A stretch of DNA of 64,000 nt, from assembly GCA_051294905.1 (NCBI GenBank), contig CM119375.1, forward strand, positions 7,068,001-7,132,000. The letters run 5' to 3'. The notes beneath the pieces are model-generated. The model was not told the DNA's origin. It saw nothing but the letters and a program-made list of their open reading frames with translations, and made no database searches. Shown one piece after another: positions 58,836 to 64,000 of the stretch (the first letter of the stretch is position 1; each line of letters opens with the position of its first letter). Source of the stretch: Botryllus schlosseri (taxonomy: Eukaryota). The position numbers were made by a program, and so were the translations under genes.

Positions 58836-60769
58836 CTTTAAAGTGTTCGTCATAAGTACTTGAGTAAAAACGGCTCCATACGTAGGTTACTCCAAAGTTG
58901 TAAATGTGGACACCATAAAAGTTGTGGAACCACTGATATAGCCTATATATACCTAACTATTTTAAGTATCAAAACCTACACCGGAGATGTTGGATACAAC
59001 GAGGCTTCCGTGTTGTATCACAGTGGTTCCCTTTAATTCTTTCCACGAACCAAGATTGTATTTTTGAGAACGGTGGCCACCCGACAAATTGACTTCATAT
59101 TACCGAGGATTCATTTTCAAAACAAGCTGTCATAATCTCGATTAAAACTTCAGACAGAGAACACACCCAACGCACTGAAACTTTGATCATGATGTTATTG
59201 TGCGGTATGCACCCTGGTTCGCCGTTTGGCGTGTCACAGATTTTAAAGTATTGGTTAGTTGGATTGGATGATGACACTATTCAAACCTAAATATTACCGG
59301 ACCACAATCAGACATCGACCTCGTCTAACAACATACGCCGCATTAGTTTCCGTCGCCTCATTCTATGTTATATTTTCATAAATCCAGAGAGCATGCCTAT
59401 TATCTGCATGCTCTAGGTCAGGGGTTCCCAACTTGGGCGATATCGCCCCCATTTGTCGATTTTGAGATCCAAGGTGGTGAAAATGGCCAAAGGGGTGATT
59501 GGGAGCTATAGGGGGACGAAAATGTTCGAAAGTCCAGTGATGTATATTTAATTGCCGCGGCCGAAAAATGCACGTGATCACGGCTTATTCTGCTATGACG
59601 CGAAAGATGACTAAAAAAGGTCAACTCAACGGAAAGTAGACGCGGAGAGCGGTTATCCGGGAACCTATTCGAAAAAGTGACCTTTATTTAGTCAATTCAC
59701 CAGCGATAAGAGTTAGGTTACAATTAATGCGGGGTACGTGGAACGAGTACGATTTGCTTAAATATTCTCATTGATAAAGTAGCTTATTGAGTATTGATAG
59801 GCCGTGATGTCGTAATGGCGTAACAAATTGCCTTCCTTCTTTAGGAGCGAGAACCAGGTGCTGGCGTAGACGATTTGCGAAAATGTTATCAGATTAACGA
59901 TTCAACCTGGGTTAGAGTCCGATTAGTTTGCACCCTGTCGGTAAAGATTTACCATTCTTGATGGCCTCGCTGCGATCTGTTGATGCGATAAGATAGATAC
60001 ATGTTTAACAACGGGTTACATTATAGACATTTTTATCTGGACTTGGTTGTATTTATAGACTGCCACAGACATATCGCACAATACATTTTTATCTATATAT
60101 AGGATGTTGCGCTTCCCATAGATATATTGAAGTTCTAGACAACCCTGGCGCTTCCCAACGCATTGATAATAACTAGCTTTCTGTTGAATAGACTTTAACA
60201 TGGTCTGTAACAGTGAAAACGATCATTTTAATATAATATTTAATATGAACTGGCGAATATAGGTATCAACGCGTATCAATGTGTGGAACAGTATCCCGCC
60301 AGCCATCCGACAGTCGACGAGCATGTCCACATTCAAGTCGAAATACAAGCAATTACTACTAAATAAATACAGTCCATCCTCAAGATTACCGGACCACGAC
60401 TGAGCTATCGATCTCGCTTTCCATGACATGCCGCCCTATTTCTTGTCGCATTCTTCTTCTATACTATCTTCTTTACTTTCATTCAGTGTGCATGCCTCCT
60501 CTTTACATCGCCTAGGCCAAGGTGGGTGTCAGATTCCATAGACTACTCCTTGTCGCTTCGACATCTTCCTGTCTTTTCATTGTATCGCATTTTTGTGGTG
60601 TATTGAACTGATAAAATTGCTAATAAACCAATGATGATGATGATGAACGCCTCTACCAAAGTATATATGGGGTTGATGCAGATAGTATGTCTTCCAATCT
60701 TTGCCAGCACTGTGAGACGCTAGCCAAACCTCAGGCCATTTGCCAATTGACTTGTATACTTGGTATCAG

Positions 60770-63076
60770 CTGGGGATGGTGTGAACGTGAGGTTCACGTT
60801 CGCGTTCTGTGTGTGAACCTCGGAAATTCTGAGGGTCACGTTCACAAACGAACCTTGGTATAGGTTCTTCACGGTGAACCTTTTTCATATATTACAATTT
60901 TCACGTCATTATGACATCTTTGGTTGAAATTTATGGTATTTCAACTGCGGGCCACTCTATGCATGGCGTTGGCAGCATAAAAAATCAAAACTCAACGAGC
61001 ATGCACCTTGACAACCTCAAAAATTATACCTGCTTTCTTACAAGTTTGCTCGGAATATCCAGCTTTCTGTTTGTGAATATTTAGTGCAGTGGTTCTCAAC
61101 CGGTGTGCCATTTCCGTCTCGCCAGTGTGCCGCGAGAGATTTCTTCCAAATTTTGAAATTATGTGCAGTCTATAGCGAACGATCAATAATCTAAATCAGA
61201 CTCGATGTGAAGTTTGTACATGTGACAAATCAAAATTGCTGTCATGCCATCGCGTCCCTTAAAGGCTGAATTCAGTTTTGCACATCACGGTGATTGATCG
61301 CAGAGAAGAGCAGACAGACATGGCGAAGCCTGTGTGACAATGTAGTTTTTGAAATTCTCATTGTCTTCGTAGTCACCAGCGAGTAATGAACTCCTTTGGA
61401 AGTGATGTTCACGTCTACTAATTCGAATTACAGACAATACCGGGTGGTCTCTGACGAAGTACTTCTACCTTTTCGGAGCACTAAAGTAGACTTTGCTCTG
61501 CTCCAATAAAGAAATTACGGTATCTTCTATATCGGCGGACATGTCACAAATAAGTAGGGCGATTTTTTTGACATGTCAAAATTTGTCAAAATTTTGTCAA
61601 AATTGTAGCGTTAGGTCAAATTTGTCAAAATTGTTCACAAAGTTAAAACATTTTTGACGTCTGCAGTTCGTTTGTATCGTAGATTTTGCATTGTCGGTGA
61701 ACTTATCATTTGCTATTTTATAGCTTGTAGCCTATACTTTATAGGCCTACAGTTGTAAACAGCCAATTGTCTGCTCATTGTGAATCATAAACGGTCAAAT
61801 AAAACAAATAGGTAGATATGGTGTTATGGTCAACGTACCGCAATATCCTGACTGAAGAAAGACTTCTTGGGCATCGCATCATTCTTATATAAAGAAGCGC
61901 ATGACGAAAAATTGTGATGGAGACATCATTTTCAGCATGAAGCAACACGGTGTGTCACCAGCAGTGTACGCAAAACTTGACTGTTGTGAGCCAACAATTG
62001 CTGCTGTTGAACAACTTTCTCCTTTCTTGGCAAGCTTCTTAGTAAGGACATGCACTTTCTACCCAAGAATGAAGGAAAGTAGCCTATCTCTCGCTGTACT
62101 ACAACCTTAGAAATTTAGAGGTTCACGTTCACAAGCCAACCTTGGTATGTTCTGCACAGGGATATCAACAAGTTCTAGATATCCCTGATTCTGCACTGTG
62201 AACCGTTGTCATATATTACATTTTTTACTTCATTATAACATCTTCGTATGATATTTATTAGGCCTAGATTTCAACTGCGGGCCACTCTATGCATGTCGCT
62301 GGCAGCATAAAAAATCAACACCAAACGAGCACGCACCGTGACAATCTCAAAAATATTACTTGCTTTGTTACAAAAGTTTGTTCGAAATATTCAGCTTTCC
62401 GTTAGTAAATATTTAGTGAATCTCTGCTGTGAGCTTGACCCGCACACACAACTTCAAGAGCGAAATACACTACATTCAATCAGCGAATGATGCTTGTATT
62501 CAACCAATCAATGAAATTGATATCTTTGTCTGATGTAACAAATCTAGCAGGCGTACGGGGTCAATCTTGACTTCATATGTTTATTGTACCATAAGAACCA
62601 AGTCCATACGATTCGGGTGTTAGCTACTGCTGTATAACTTGTTAATGGGCTATATCGGTAGCAAGTATAGAAACCCGTTTTATACTCTGTTCAATATCAA
62701 TGTAGCAATACTCAGACACCGAATACATTGTCCGGTCTGGCCTGGACCGTTAAGGCGTAAGCTTATATTCCCTTACAGGTCCCCGTCGATATTGTTGGCA
62801 AAGCGACGGGGGATATTGATTTTATGGGATTATGATATATCATTTGATTTCCCCAGTTGAAACATTTGGCTACATATACGTCGATATGTGCTTCAGCATT
62901 ACGGCATTATGTGGCCACAGCCACAGTCGTCGCTAGGTATCGTACTACATTAATATAGGCTATCACGTCACTGAAATGTAGGGTTGGAATTAGCAATATG
63001 ACGTCACGTGACGTCATGAGGTTGACGTTCGCGTTCACACAGTACCGAACCTTTCAGAGGTTCACACCATCCCCAG
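60770..63076 (+). mobile_element. Candidate composite hAT-like element with decayed transposase fragment (61900-62085) and internal direct repeat (60830-61086 vs 62118-62417)
   Basis: Perfect 17-bp inverted repeat CTGGGGATGGTGTGAAC (60770-60786) / GTTCACACCATCCCCAG (63060-63076); the fragment translates as VSPAVYAKLDCCEPTIAAVE then (frameshift) LGKLLSKDMHFLPKN. No clean TSD. Confidence 0.55.
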
Positions 63077-63233
63077 TAATGACCAGCACACGAGTCAGGA
63101 TCAGAGGCAAGTACAGTGCGTTGGACGTTTGTTTTATTAAAATTTAAATCCGTATCTTTATCTTGATATTATTAAAGGAACATGCATTTCAGTAACGAAT
63201 AGACTATTTGCCTCCAAAAACCGGGCATTCAAG

Positions 63234-63949
63234 CTACATTTCGCCCATTCCTTGGAGTGCAGCGTCCATCTCTTCCGACTGATTTTTGAGCTTGAGTTTT
63301 TCAGTGTAGAGATTATCTACAACGAGAGTAATCGGGAATTAATAAACCATTCTGATAGTGGAGGCAGGCATACGCAACACGCAGGGCCAACTGTACAAGA
63401 GCTTCCGGTTCAGGTAAATATACCGGAGAATCAACACAACGATGTTATTCTGCATTGCCATTAAGTTATTATTGAATTCAATTGTTAATATCAAGTACAT
63501 TTATTGGAATGATCATGTCGATTTCTATTGACTACCTGCCTATTTCAGAATATATAATACAGTACTATCTAGTAGTAATACAATTTCACACAGGCCTATA
63601 TGGGAACTGCGATGTAGAGCCAATCACGCATATGTAGCCGAATTCCATTGCCGTGACGCCGTATACTCTCAATAGACCAACAACAGCAGTGAATGTAAAT
63701 AACTCTAGGGACTTTTACGCAATACCAGACATGGATAAATTGCTTTAGTCACCTTCAAGTTCATCGACTTGCTGTTCAAATTTCATGACCGTCTTCTCAG
63801 CGAATTCGGCTCTCGTTTCTGACTGTAAATTGTAAATAATGAAAAAAAACAGGCCTATTGAAATACATTCATGATGTAATACTCACGTCCTTCAATCTAT
63901 CCGTAAGATTTTTAATTTCCTCTTCGAACTGGGCTTCTTTTTGGGAGTA
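63234..63949 (-). CDS. TPM: Tropomyosin, 3' exons equivalent to vertebrate exons 7, 8 and 9a (5' part beyond window end)
   Basis: Exons 63887-63949 (63 nt, YSQKEAQFEEEIKNLTDRLKD), 63753-63822 (70 nt, SETRAEFAEKTVMKFEQQVDELE) and 63234-63316 (DNLYTEKLKLKNQSEEMDAALQGMGEM*), with GT-AG junctions and matching phases. ETRAEFAE is diagnostic of tropomyosin. AATAAA on the minus strand at 63133-63138. Confidence 0.93.
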
Positions 63950-64000
63950 CTGAATCATCGAAAATAGGCGATAAGTCGAACGTAATAAGGTGATATAAGA

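Noticed and set aside
60173-60204. Acceptor followed by a phase-compatible short frame (DHVKVYSTES*) as an alternative tropomyosin last exon
   Set aside because: Only 10 codons versus the usual ~27, and no coiled-coil character.

Overview
Intron-rich, AT-rich eukaryotic genomic DNA from an invertebrate animal. It is probably a non-vertebrate chordate such as an ascidian, inferred from vertebrate-like TSPEAR and tropomyosin exon structures and minimal introns of about 66-70 nt. Four protein-coding genes were reconstructed by hand with canonical GT-AG splice sites and consistent phases: (1) RRP12 on the minus strand (25 exons, 334-16784, 3' end off-window); (2) a complete 14-exon TSPEAR on the plus strand (25316-52247, 663 aa, signal peptide + LamG/TSPN + 7 EAR repeats); (3) an intronless, N-terminally truncated Elongin A-like gene on the minus strand (56223-57254); (4) the last three exons of a tropomyosin on the minus strand (63234-63949). 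Introns and intergenic DNA are crowded with non-autonomous DNA transposons: hAT-like with 8-bp TSDs, a P-like foldback family with 7-bp TSDs, a Mutator-like element with 9-bp TSD, and two decayed hAT transposase fragments. No tRNA, rRNA or CRISPR array was seen. The most unusual signals are the retrogene-like Elongin A, whose stop codon lies inside a 27-bp near-perfect hairpin; a 280-bp foldback element in an RRP12 intron; a 31-bp TIR/TSD micro-insertion with a paralogous empty site; and two stop-free 3n introns in TSPEAR. I did not find convincing evidence of a wholly new multi-gene system.
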